This document shows, one piece after another, positions 34,452 through 46,616 of a DNA stretch of 64,000 nt. The DNA is taken from contig CM068778.1 in the NCBI GenBank assembly GCA_035084275.1, forward strand, positions 1,364,001-1,428,000, given 5' to 3'. The notes beneath the pieces were generated by a model. The model saw only the letters and a program-made list of their open reading frames with translations, was not told the origin of the DNA and ran no database searches. This DNA comes from Hydrolagus colliei (taxonomy: Eukaryota). Numbering within the stretch: the stretch's first letter is position 1; each line of letters starts with the position of its first letter. The position numbers and the translations under genes were made by a program.

Positions 34452-34744
34452 CACAGTGAGAGAGATTGACTGAAAGCTCACACATAAACCTCTCTTCTCA
34501 CACACCATTCCTGCCGTCAACTCCCCTTCCCCCCCACCAATTAGCACCAACACCTGTGCTCTCTAACAAAGTGGAGTAATTTACACACAAAGAGAGGCAG
34601 AAAGCAATAGATCATCAAACTAGCCAAAAGAGAGATCTGAACAGCGGAGGGAGGGGGTGGGGTTGTGATGTGTGTGGAGCGTTTGACCTAGTTTAGAGCA
34701 TAGAGTACAACTGATATTTGAGGTTGGGTAAACTAGCAGCAAAC

Positions 34745-34860
34745 TCTCTGCCCACGTGAGCTGTGTGTGGTTTGTGTGCAATGTGGCTATGACTGATGAC
34801 ATCCTGTTATTGTGTGGCGCTGCGCGGTGTGTCTCTGTGGGTGAGCAGGTGTCAGGCTGG
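34745..34860. promoter_or_regulatory. Candidate TRB enhancer cluster A
   Basis: CACGTG 34753, RUNX TGTGGTT 34766, ETS-like ACATCCTG 34799, E-box CAGGTG 34846; lies between C and the inverted V. Confidence 0.35.
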
Positions 34861-36349
34861 TATCTAGGTCTCCTGGCTCAGGACTCAGGGCTTCAGTTTC
34901 AACTCAATTTTGCAGAGTTTTGTGTTCACAGTCAAGGCTCTCTCTCTCTCTCTCTGCCTCTATCTATCTCTCTTTGTCTCTCTCTAATTCATGTTCTCTA
35001 TGCCTCCCTGTGTCCTCTCTCTCTCTCACTCACTGTATCTACCTCTATATAGCTTTCTTCACCTCCATAAATCTCGATTTTTCTGTCTCTTTCTCTCTGT
35101 CTATCTTTCTTTTCTTTGGCTGACTGTCTGTGTCAATCTCCGAGTCTGTTTGATTTTTTTTTAAGTTCAGTCACTCCGTCTCTGGCTCCTCCAGGATGCT
35201 CTGTGTCCTCTCCAAGCCCAGGCCTATCATGTGCGACTCCACCTCAAGAGAAGCCAGAGAAATGGAGAGCGATAGAGACCAGGAGATAGAAAGTCAGAGA
35301 GACAGAGACTGACGTAGAGACAAAGAGTGAACAAACTAGAGCCTTACTCTGCGTTCTTCAACCACAAAATCCCAATCACCAAATTGCCCCCTATTCCCTG
35401 TATGCATAGCGTACATTATCAAAAGACCTTTTGAAATACAGATATACTATACTACACAAATAGAACTGCTTAGATCTACATTTCCTGTATCTACCTCAAG
35501 TAACTATAAAGTTGGTCAAACTTGACCTGCTCTTCACAAATCCATGCCTGGAGAAAGCCTGGCCACTGGACTCATTTAAACAGCTGCTCGATGCTGTGAT
35601 GGGGGGGGGGGGTCTGATGGAGGTGCTGAAAGGAATGGATCAGATGGGCCGAATGGCTTCCTTTACCCAGACCAATCTTGTGAGTCAAAACAGACAAACA
35701 CACACACACAAATAACAATAATAATAACAACAACAACATGACACTTGTATAGGGCCTTTCACATCAGGAGGACGTCCCAAGGTGCCATCCAGTAAATGTT
35801 TCAGATCCGAGCCGAGGAGAAACATGCACACAGAGACAAACACACCCAAACATATACTGACACACACACAAAAAAAACCCAGAACAATGCAAATGCTGGA
35901 AATCTGAAATAAAAACTGAAATCACCGGGAACAAGCAGCAGGTCAGGCAGCATCTATAGAGATAGACAATGAGTTAATGTTTCAGGTTCAATGACCTTTT
36001 ATCAGAACAGATTCAACCTGAAATGCTGATTGTTCCCAGCAATTTCTGTTTTTTATTTTGTAATAATGATAATAATTTATCTAGCCTTCTTCAAGTGGAT
36101 AGTGATTGGACAAGATAGTGAAAGAAAGAGTTACATATGGGAAGAGGAAAACGGGGAGAGAGAGAGAGAGAGAGGGAAAGAGAGACAGCGAACAATGGCG
36201 AAAGAGAGAAATAAATGGAGAGAAAGAAACAGACCAACAGAAGAGACAGAAAGTGGGAGATGCAAACACAAATGCACAGACAGAGAGCAAAGTGGGGTAG
36301 GTCGAGGTTGGGGGTAGGTCGAGGAGAGATGGGGGGTGGGTGGGGGAAG

Positions 36350-36440
36350 CAAAAGCAGGTGTCTGCAAACACTCTGCTCACAGTAAAAAACACACACAAA
36401 GTGCAGAAGTTTCCACAGCTAAACCTCACCACATCCGCTT
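36350..36440. promoter_or_regulatory. Candidate TRB enhancer cluster B
   Basis: E-box CAGGTG 36356 and ETS-RUNX composite CGGATGTGGT (minus strand, 36428-36437). Confidence 0.4.
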
Positions 36441-37633
36441 GCTCTAATTCTCTCTCTCTCTCTCTCTCTCTCTGCTGTGCGCACCCGACCTCTTGCTACA
36501 ACATCAGCAGTCTTGGAAACTTGAGTCATAATCTTTCCAAGTGACTCAATGGGGAGGGGTATGATACAGAAGGGTCAACAATTGGAGACAAAGACTCACA
36601 GACAAGGCCCTGCACAATCAGACATATACAGACAGAAATATTGGCGCAGACATAGATAGACAAGTGGAGACAGAAACACAGGCAGAAAGAGCCACAAGGG
36701 AGAAATACACAGATAGACACAATCACACACTGGCAAAGGCACAAAGAGACAAAGACAAAGGCATTTACAGAGACAGGCACAGACACAACAGAAAATTACA
36801 TTGATAGAGCGTCTTTCTCGTCGGGAGAATGTCCCAAGCCGCTGAACAGTCAGGTCAAGACCTGAGCAGGCGGGAGGGGCAGGGCAGGGGGGAGGGCAGG
36901 GGAGAGGGTTGGGAGTGGGAGGGAGTGAGTTGGGAGGGGAGCAGGAGGCATCATCGAAGAGGAAGTTCTTAAGACTGGCCTTGAAGGAGACAAGGGAAGA
37001 AACGAGGCGAAGGGACTGTGGATGGAGTTCCAGAGTGTTGGGGCAGAGAGGCTGAAAGCCCGGCCACTGATGATAGGGCGGGTCGGGCAGGGGACATGGA
37101 GCAGACCAGAGCCTACTGAATGGAGGGGGTGCAGGTTCACAGGGAGACAGTAGGTCATAAAGATAGGAGGGGGCAAAGCCATGAATAGTGTTGAAAGCAA
37201 AAAAGATTAATAATTGAATGTGAATAAAAAATCAGTATTTAATAAATGAAGGAGCTATATCACTACAAATAGTAAGCAAATGATACGTTACAATAGCAAA
37301 AGCTTTGTCATAAAATAGAGGTCATTTCTCACTCACATCTCAACACACTGGAGCTCCCTACTCTAACCCCATCCCCCTGTTTTCTCTCTCTCTCTACATT
37401 TTGTTCTGTGACAGTGCTCATTCCCCCCCAAACTGAAGCTCGCTATCCTAACCTCAATCCCATTTCTCCTCTATCTCCCTCTATCTCCCCTATCGCGTGC
37501 ATGGTGGTGCTCGCTGCCCTATTCAAGCGCTCTCTGTTCTACCCCATCCACGGCCAATAACTAATTAAGATGAAAGTGATTCAGATTTGATGATCTCTTT
37601 TTGCTCTTGTTGAAAATCTTCAATGTTTCAGAA

Positions 37634-39323
37634 TCAGTCAAGTTGCTTCCTGGAAATAGACTGTGAGGACAAATAGGAAAATTCTCATTTAGTTTTAATT
37701 TAACACAAAAACTTGCATTCATCAAGCGCCACTCGCACCACACACACACATATCTCAGTTTCGCAATGTCTCACACTTATTGAGTGAAATCATTTAACAT
37801 TTACCTTGCTCTTCCAGGCAATGAAAGATACCATAACGCCATAAACAACACTTTTACAGACCAGGATTAGATAGGTCAATTTTCCAGTCACCATTCTCTC
37901 CTGTATGTCATCTGAGAAGCAACAGAAATGTGTAAGTTAATGAATCTATCCGCTGACTCCTTAATTTGCCCTTTATTGCCAGATCTCAATCTTTTGCCCA
38001 CAAATATACAGTCAATTCACTTTACAATATATACTGTGAAGTGATTTAAGATATCTAGAAGACATGCAAAAGCACTATATGCAAGGATTATTATTATTAT
38101 TATCTCACATCTCCCTTCCACCTCAAGTCTCCATCCATCTCCATCTCACACTTCAGCGACTTGTCATCCTATTATGAAATCAAATTTCTAACTGTTTTGA
38201 TTAGCCCATCTGCCTCCACAATTCTCCATCCATCTCCCTCTCACATCCCAATATCTATCTACCACTTCTACCTCAGTCCATTTGCATACTGCCCTAGTCT
38301 CCTACGCAAATGTAATTAGTTGTTGTTTATTTGTTCTCACACTACAATTCATTCGACTCCTTGAGTCTCTATCCATCTCATACCTCAATCCATTCTCTTA
38401 TCTACAACAACATACACATAGATAGCACTCTCCATAGCATCTCAGAGCGCATAACAGTGGCATGGCCTGTTAATCTAAGATGGGGGGAGGGGGACTGGTG
38501 GAGGGGAGGTGGTGGAGGGGAGGTGGCAAAGGAAGGTTTTCAGGTGAGATTTGGTAAATGGCAGAGAAGGGACAAGGCAGAGGGATTGAGGAAAAGTGGA
38601 GTGTGTTATATACAACACCACCAAAATTACATTTGTAGTCCTCCCAACTTTCACGTTGGGAGGACGTTCCAAGTCGCTGAACAGGCAGGAATCAAGACCC
38701 GAGCATGTGGGGGGAGGGAGTAGGATTGGGATGAGGGAGGGCAGAGAGGGTAAGAGGGTGACTGAAGGCAAGGTCGAAGTGGAAGGTCTTGAGACTGGTT
38801 TTGAGGGAGGCAAGGTTGGGAGAAAGGTGATGGGATTGTTCGATGGAGTTGCAGAGTGTGGGGGCAGCGAGGCCGAAAGCCTGGCTGATGATCTAGAACA
38901 TATATCCAGTCATTCCCACTCACCTTTTGTCATCGAGCTACAGATTTCTGGAGGGGAAATAAATGAGAAAAAGTTACTACATTTTGCTGCATCAACCCAA
39001 TCCTGAGTAGCTTTCAAAATAATTTGAATTTGGAAATGCTCATCATCGACAACAACTACAAAATTACATTTGTATAGGTTCAGGTTGGGATGACCCAAGG
39101 CACTGGGCAGGCAATATTTTGGACACAACCTAGCGGTTTTGGGAGTCTGTTATGGTGACGGACTCCTGTGTATGACAGGTCATAGCGATGTGTTCCTTTG
39201 TGTGTTTGAGATGTGGCTGATCACTGTGAGGGGTTTATGGGTGGGATGGACACAGATGTTAAAATTGTGTGAATCAGATGCCTGATTGATCTAATGATGG
39301 TTTTCTCTGTGGGTCAGAGAGTG

Positions 39324-39354
<31 letters not shown>

Positions 39355-41481
39355 TCTATATATATATTTACCTCCTTTTGGTTTCAAACTCTTAATAAAT
39401 GACATTTTCGCAGTTCCATTGTTGACGTAGGTGACATGACAGGTTATATCTTTGGCCGATTTCCAGTGAGGAACAGAGAGACGGAGGCGACTGCTCACAG
39501 AATATAGGGATTCTCTCTTCTTGGATTTCGAATCGGTCTGAACTCTGCTGCTGTCTTTATTATTAACCTGTGAAAATGATCCACATTAGGAAATGTCTCC
39601 GACCAGTTGCAGGGCAGAGCATTGTTCCAACACCACAACAGTTCATGTTGTCCCCTCACCCTCTGGGTTTCTGTCTCCAAATCACTGATCGATTACATGG
39701 TTGACCACAGCTCTATCTTACTGTCTAGTAACTGGCCTGCTTCGTATTCGTATTTCAACCAATCGCTCCCACAATCAATGGGTGGGATTTCAACCCTGAG
39801 CTGTACGAAGGTATATCTGTAGGTCAGATCACCAGAAAAAGAAACATCCTTGTCCTATTTTTCCCATCTTCTAGATGACTTCAATGTTTCACAGAATTTA
39901 CTATAAAGTAAATTCATTGTATATTTATGGGGAAAACGCAGAGCCACAGGAGTGTCCCACAAACACTAGTGGATTGACCAATTTATTAGGTGTTTCTTTG
40001 CAGGATTATTAGCAGGCATGTGGAGTAGGGAAATTTGCCCAAGGTTTTGCGATGCCTGGAATCGCACCCAGTTCTCTCACTTGCAAATCAAGTGCTCTAA
40101 CCGCTGAGCTACAAGACTCCACACATGTATGGAATTATATGGAGTCCTGTAGCTCAATGGTTAGAACACTCACCGTAGACGCAAGAGACTTACAGGCACA
40201 GTGAAGGGGAAGTTTGCTTACATTCCAGGCATATGGATTCAGGAAACTTGCCCAACAGGTTGCCCTGCCGGGAATCGAACCCGAGTCTCTCGTTTGCAAG
40301 GCGAGCGCACTAACTACCAATCAACAAGGCTTCACAGGCTTTTAGGAGCTTTTTGGACCCTTGTTAGTTTCTAAACTGACACGGTGTCTCGGCTTGGTTC
40401 AGTCACTCGCTCTTTCACTGCTGAAAGTTTGAATCAGAATCAGAATCTGAATCAGAAAGTTGTGCAATCAAAACACATTTTGGTGACTTTGTGATCAAAA
40501 TCTAATAATAATAATAGTTCCATTTGGTATAGCACTTTTCACAACCTATAGACCTCTCAAAGAGCTTCACAAAATATACTGTGAAGTGAATTGACTGTGT
40601 AATTGTGGGCGAAACGTGGCAGCCAATTGTGCACAGCAGTGTACAACAAATAGTCATGGATTGAAATGACCAATTTTTTTTGAGACTTGCCCAAGGTTTC
40701 TCCCTGCCTGGAATCAAACTCAGGTCTTTCGCTTGTAAGGTGGGTGCCGTAACCACTGAGCTACAGGACTCCATGGCTTATCCTCTGGTGTAGAGCCAGG
40801 GTTGGGGTTGTCGCATTGGGGAGAGAGCTGGGCAGTGCGATTGAGTTGCTCTTTTAGAAGAGCCGGCACAGACTAGATGGGCCAACTGGCCTCCTTTTGT
40901 GCCGTAAATTTCTATGATTCTATGATTGTAAGATACGTGGTCTTTTGATACAGTAAGGTATGGGAAATGTTATCTAATTTCTAACTAGTATTTTTCAGAC
41001 GTGATTAAACATTCCATGGCAGTACGTGAAAACAGAAGACAGTTTTTCTCTCGGAATGCCTTGGCCATCAATTCCCCCAAATAAAATTAATCACTCATTC
41101 ATTTGCGGTTTGTTGGACATCACTGTGTGGAACATTGGTGGCTATGTTTGCCCACAAAAGACACAGTCACTTAATTTTTTCATGAAAGCATTTGTGGACG
41201 TTCTCATGATATGAAATTATAAAATTCTACGGTCTGTACTGAAATGTGCTAAAATATGGCAAATATGGGCATTGTCCTATTAATTTTCTTGTTATAATTA
41301 CGTAGTTTAACACACTGAGAGAGACTTACTGCCACATTATTAATTTTCCACTCTATCTCAACTGTGTCCGGGTAAAAGTCAGAGACAAAACACACGAAAG
41401 TTCCCCAATTTTCCGTCCTCAGCTCCTCCTGAGATGCATCATAGAGGAAGACTTTGGGTTCGCGCATCTCATCATCTTTCC
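37634..41481 (-). CDS. TRBC: TCR beta constant gene, 5 exons: 41330-41481, 39372-39567, 38924-38947, 37805-37911, 37634-37660
   Basis: C-domain FVCFVSDFYPD..IEW and YSVSSRLRL..W...ITCHV; hinge EICSSMTK; TM TYLILVCKSVVYGVMV with the conserved Tyr/Lys/Tyr; tail SISRKQLD* (an alternative acceptor gives EAT*). Confidence 0.93.
39860..40775. mobile_element. Cluster of tRNA-derived SINEs in the intron that splits the TRBC Ig domain
   Basis: Several tagctca.tgg heads and shared bodies in both orientations. Confidence 0.65.
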
Positions 41482-42659
41482 CTGAGGGAGCAATAGGAGA
41501 GTAAGGGAGAAGGAATGAGAGAGAGAAAGAGTGAGAGTGACGGAGACCGATAGAGAGAACAAGAAACATTAAGAGAGAGAATAAAAGACGGAAAGCAAAA
41601 ATGAGAGAAAGAAGACAATGGGCGTGAGAGAGGAGAGAGAATGAGAAAGAAAATGTGTCCTTGCCTCTCACTCTTTGTGTGTGCCTCTCTCACCATTTCT
41701 ACTGACTCCTGTCCATGTCTGGTTCTCCTAATTTAAGGGTAGGAGTAGACCATCGTACCAACTTGCCATCTCCCCTCTCTGTCCAACCATGTATCTGGTT
41801 CTGGAACCAATTTCATGGTCACTTCATCAACTGCCCGAACCGTTCCCTCCGTATCTCTTAACTCTACATCAATGAACATTTTCAGGACCAGCTATAGACC
41901 CTTACTCTGTCTCACACATTCCCTGTGCTGTTACCTTGGTATCAACAACAACAACAAAATTGCACTTATATAGCGCCTTTCACTTCAGGAAATATCCTTC
42001 TATATCTACATCTCCTTATCATCGTGTATATCACACTCACTTTTTAGAGAGACTGGGAGAGAGAGCGAGACTGAGAGCAACTAAGTAGGGGAGACAAAGA
42101 GGGGAGACTGAGAAAGATACAATATGAATGCTACAGAGAAGCAGAGAGTGGGAGACAGACTGGGAGATAGATAGACATCCACAAGACAGAGAGACTGATA
42201 GAGACACCGACAGACAGAGACTGAGATAGATTTAGAGAATTAGATAGAGATACTCAGAGAAGACTGAGAGATAGGGTCCGAGAGAGACAGAGATTGAGAG
42301 ACTGAGCAAAATGAGGGATAACCAGAGAGTGGCAGAGAGCCTGAGAGTTATAGACTGACTGAGACTCAGACAAAGAGACTTAGAGGCAAAAACACGCACA
42401 GACGCAGAGAGTAAAGTATAATAGGTAGAGACTAGGGGGTAGCGACAAACCTCAGCCAGGGATAAAGGCAGACAATAACAACAACAACAAAATTATATTT
42501 GTAGAGAGCGTTTCACTTCAGGAGGACATCCCAATTTGCAGACAAGATAGATAGGGAGTGTTTGAGAGGATTAGAGATGGAAATTGAGAGAGGGAGACTG
42601 AGGTACATTGCCTTCTGACAAATACAAATTTTGAACTGGAGAAATTAACTGAAACTCAC

Positions 42660-42709
42660 CAAGAACAATTAACTTTGTTCCATCTGCAAAGTAGTTTATA
42701 TCAGAGGAG
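42660..42709 (-). CDS. TRBJ: TRBJ segment SSDINYFADGTKLIVL
   Basis: Heptamer at 42710-42716 (CACAGAG on +), weak nonamer, GTGAGT donor. Confidence 0.85.
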
Positions 42710-43180
42710 CACAGAGACAGGCGGGTGTGATATAACTTCAACACAGCGAGAGAAGCAGAGAGATAGGCAGGGAGAGACTCAGACACTGAGAGAGACACTA
42801 AGAGGGAGAGCGAGAGAGACACAGAGAGACAGAGATACTGAGAAAAGGTAAGGAAAGATGGAGATGTGGATAAATTGAGAGACAGAGACTAAGACTGAGA
42901 TAATGGATAGAATAGCGAGTTAGATAGAGAGAGAGAGAGAGACCGAGAAGGGGGGAATGAGAGAGACAGAAACAGCGAGATAGAGACAAGGCAAATGGCA
43001 GAAAGAGAAGAGTGGATAGATTGAGAGACATGGAGACTAAGACATGGAGAGAGTAGAGACTGAGGGATACACATACACAGACAGCGAGAGGCTGACAGGA
43101 CAAGTAATTAGAGATACAGAAACAGTGCGTTTCTCAGTGTTTAATGCTCGTTTTGAACCAGATAAATCAACTCAAACTCT

Positions 43181-43231
43181 CTATTAACAATTAGCTTTGT
43201 TCGATTTGAAAATTAGTTTACATCAAAGAAG
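43181..43231 (-). pseudogene. TRBJ: Pseudo-J, decayed paralog of the FADG J
   Basis: cttctttgatgtaaactaattttcaaatcgaacaaagctaattgtt aligns by eye to the J at 42660; in-frame TAA; donor lost; CACAGAT heptamer remains. Confidence 0.7.
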
Positions 43232-43628
43232 CACAGATACAGACAGGTGGATCTGTCAACAGAGAGAGAGAGACAGTTTGACACAGAAAAACGACTACGA
43301 GAGAACGAGAGCGAGACAGACAAAACGAATGATGTGGACAGACGATCAAATAGACAGACTAACAGACAGATAGACAGAGAAACAGACAGACTGACTGACC
43401 CAGAGAGTTGGTGCTGGGAGAAAAAGCATCTACTTGGACACGATGGCAGGGGGTGGGTGGGGGGGATAGACAGAGTAGGTGAATGGGATTAGAATGTCTG
43501 TTCTCTCTCTTTCTCTCTCCAGTACGGGAGAGAGAAACAGAGAGAACAGACATGGTGGGACAGAGAGCAGGGCTTGGCAGTTAGAGGAGAGAGCTTTAAC
43601 CAAATATTTCAAATATAGTTTCACTCAC

Positions 43629-43677
43629 CGAGAAAAATCAGTTTGGTGCCACCGCCAAAGTATGCTGGACTGGTGTT
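43629..43677 (-). CDS. TRBJ: TRBJ segment NTSPAYFGGGTKLIFL
   Basis: FGxG motif, CACAGCC heptamer at 43678, GTGAGT donor. Confidence 0.92.
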
Positions 43678-43996
43678 CACAGCCAGTAATGTCTGTCATA
43701 TATCTCCCAGCTGAGAGACAGTGGGACAGACAGACAGACAGAGAGAAGAGAAAGAGGGTGGTGGACAGAGAGATTGACTGATACAGAGAGAGACTGGGTT
43801 TAGAGGCTAAAGTCGGTGGGGAGAAGCTTGGTGAGGTGGGGCTGTGGGGGAGAGGGAGGGAGGCAATGGGATGAGAGTGGAGACCTCGAGTGCGGGAGAA
43901 AGAGAGAGACAACAGACTCGGGGGGGGGGAGAGAGCAGGGACTTGGGGGTTAGAGGAGAGAGTTTGGACGCAAATGTAAAATATAGTTTAACTCAC

Positions 43997-44045
43997 CGAG
44001 AAAAATCAGTTTGGTGCCACCGCCAAAGTATGCTGGATAGTTGTT
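43997..44045 (-). CDS. TRBJ: TRBJ segment NNYPAYFGGGTKLIFL
   Basis: FGxG motif, CACAGCC heptamer at 44046, GTGAGT donor; near-duplicate of the J at 43629. Confidence 0.92.
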
Positions 44046-44209
44046 CACAGCCAGTAATGTCTGTCATATATCTCCCAGCTGAGAGACAGTGGGACAGACA
44101 GACAGAGGGAGAGACAGAGAGAGGAGAGAAAGAGGGTGGTGGACAGAGAGATAGATATGGACAGAGAGAAAGAGAGAGAGACAGACCCTCACCTCCAGTC
44201 AATACTCAC

Positions 44210-44257
44210 CCAGGACCCTCAGTCTTGTTCCTTCTCCGAAATACGCAATGGTGTTTG
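44210..44257 (-). CDS. TRBJ: TRBJ segment NTIAYFGEGTRLRVL
   Basis: FGxG motif; CACATCA-12-ACGTAAACT RSS (44258-44285); GTGAGT donor. Confidence 0.92.
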
Positions 44258-44705
44258 CACATCATGTCAATGACTGACGTAAACTCTCCCACTCTCTCTT
44301 TTCTCCCCTTCTCTCATTCCCTCTCTGCTCTCTCCATCTTTGACTCTCCCTGTATCCCTGTCTCTGGCTCGCTCACCAGCTCTCTCCCACTCTCACATCT
44401 TTCCCGCCTTTGCTATCTTCTTTCTCCCATTCTCTTACTCCTCCATCTCTCTTACTCTCCCCCCCTCCCCCCTTCTCCTGTTGACTCTCTTTTCTTTTCT
44501 CTCCTGTCACTCCCTCTCTTTTAGCCTCTCACAACTTTTCTTCCAGTTCCTACCATCCCTCTCCTCTCCCTCTCCTCCCACACAACTCAAGCTAACTGGA
44601 AGTTACCCATGAACACCATCAGTCATGGACCTGCTGAGATCCCCCCCCCTCCCCCTCCCCACAGCTAGTTTTTGTACAGCTGTCAGTGAGAGATGTATCA
44701 CAGTG

Positions 44706-44720
44706 GCTCCCCCCTGTCCC
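44706..44720 (-). CDS. TRBD: TRBD segment GGGACAGGGGGGAGC
   Basis: 5' TGTTTTTGA-12-CATTGTG and 3' CACTGTG-23-ACAAAAACT; GGGACAGGGGG core characteristic of vertebrate TRBD1. Confidence 0.95.
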
Positions 44721-45377
44721 CACAATGTGAAATGCTCGTTCAAAAACACCCACCAACAGAGAGAGTGAGGGAGGGAGAGGCAGAGTAGCCACAAACCCAC
44801 AACCAACTCACCCCACCCCTTCATCTACATGGCCCAAACAGGTATAGGTATAGGATTTAGGACTTAGGAGTCCTATCGCTGGTGGTTAGAGAACGTAACC
44901 CACAAAACTTTTAGAGTCAATTCACTTTACAGTATATTCGATGAAGTGCTTTGAGACATCTAGAAGTGTAAAGCATTATATCAAATGCAACAATTATCAA
45001 TATTTAACTCTGCAGCCCCTGCACTCTCCTGCACCAGGCTCCATGACCATATCACCCCCATCCTCTTCCGACATCACTGGCTTCCCATCACACAGAGGAT
45101 ACAGTTCAAGATCCTGGACCTCACCTTCAAAGCTCCTCCATGGCCTTCGTACAACCTATCTTGATGACCTGCTAACCCCCAAGGAACCAACCATCTGCCC
45201 CCACTCGATGGGCTCTGGCCTGCTTTATGTCTCCCGCCTCACCCACCACACCATTGGTGGGCTTCTCTCCAGCCACTCTGCCCCCATCCTCTGGTGATTT
45301 TCCCGTGAATTGGATCGTCCTCCCGATGTGAAAGGCAGGATTTAAATGTAATTGTGTTGTTGGTTCTTGTTGTTGTA

Positions 45378-45887
45378 GCCGCAGCACAGTAATACGCCCC
45401 CTCGTGGGCTAGGTTCCTGATGGAGATCTCCGGGGAGGAGTTTTTGTCACTGATCTGTGTGGTGTTGTAGTCAGGTTGAACTTTTCTGATATGTTGGGTT
45501 TGAGTAACAGCTGCCAATGTGAGGCTTCCCTGTTGGAGTTACCAGAGCATCATACTAAGGGCAGTATTATCATGGTGACACCTTCAAGTCACACTCTCTC
45601 CCTCTCTGGTGATAGTCATTGGCCACAGAGTCACCAACTCTGCCAGTGACAGACCTGCAAAGACAACATAACAATGTGATTGCGCTAACATGGAATCTGG
45701 GCGGAATGTCCTAGCGGGGATTCCTTGGATTAGGCGTGGACAGAAATTGGGATCATCTCGGACAGAGAGTGGTGTGACATGAAATTACTATGGATTTGAG
45801 AGTTTACACAGAATAGAGAGATATTGAGAGTTACTCACAGGGCCAGAGGATATAGATCAGAGAAACAGTGAGAAAGGACAGACTCAT
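45378..45887 (-). pseudogene. TRBV: TRBV pseudogene (leader 45839-45887, V exon about 45378-45654), RSS lost
   Basis: Frameshift and stops (VT*, LW*); after YYCAA the sequence runs into an L2/SINE-type tail instead of a heptamer. Confidence 0.88.
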
Positions 45888-46616
45888 TGTTGGCAGAGAC
45901 TTCACAGATTCCTATAGTACAGAAGGAGACCATTTGTCTGTACTGGCATTTAAAAAAAAGATGGATTAACTTGGATTAACATTCAGACTCCGTTTCTCTC
46001 TCCCTCACTCAATCTCTCATGTGCAGTCTTCTTTTCGCTCCCATTTACACTGTGTTTCTCCTCTGCACCATCCCAGCTCTCTGAAGTAAATCCATCAGAG
46101 GTTTTCTACCAACTAAACCCAAACTGTAGGAACCACAATGTAAGTGAAGCTTCCCCTTAGTTGGATATTTTTGAAGCTGTGGAGACTTGGGGAGGAAGAT
46201 GGACTTCTGGAACTTTTTCGGAGGTTAGTTAGGTATCTGACATGAGTTGAAACCTGTCACTGTGCGATAAAGTCTCCAAACCAAATGCGATTGCCATGTA
46301 TCCCAGCTCAACGTTGAACTTCTGCTGTATTGGAGAATACCTGATCTACCCCCCAAAGGGATGTATGCTGCTTTCCTAACTCCAATGAGTATTTGGAACA
46401 TGTTCTACCCATTAGAGCTTCGACTGCATGGTTAACAGGACCTGGGTGGGAGGATTCCCTGCCCCCAGTGACCGGTCTGCCCTTCCAGGTTCTGCTGATG
46501 AGCCAGGCTGGGACTGTGCTGTCATCAGCAGTGAGAGAAAGAGCCCTGGATACATTGCAGACAAGCCTGGCCCAGGGACTGGAGTAGAAAATTCCACAGT
46601 GGGTGGACTCAGTTGT

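Noticed and set aside
42660-42709. FAxG J suggesting a TCR gamma locus
   Set aside because: The D with 12/23 RSS and GGGACAGGGGG core, the SSRLRL C motif and the TM pattern all indicate TRB
43405-43445. Possible extra decayed J remnants (also about 41785-41825)
   Set aside because: No FGxG, no donor and no nonamer; similarity too weak
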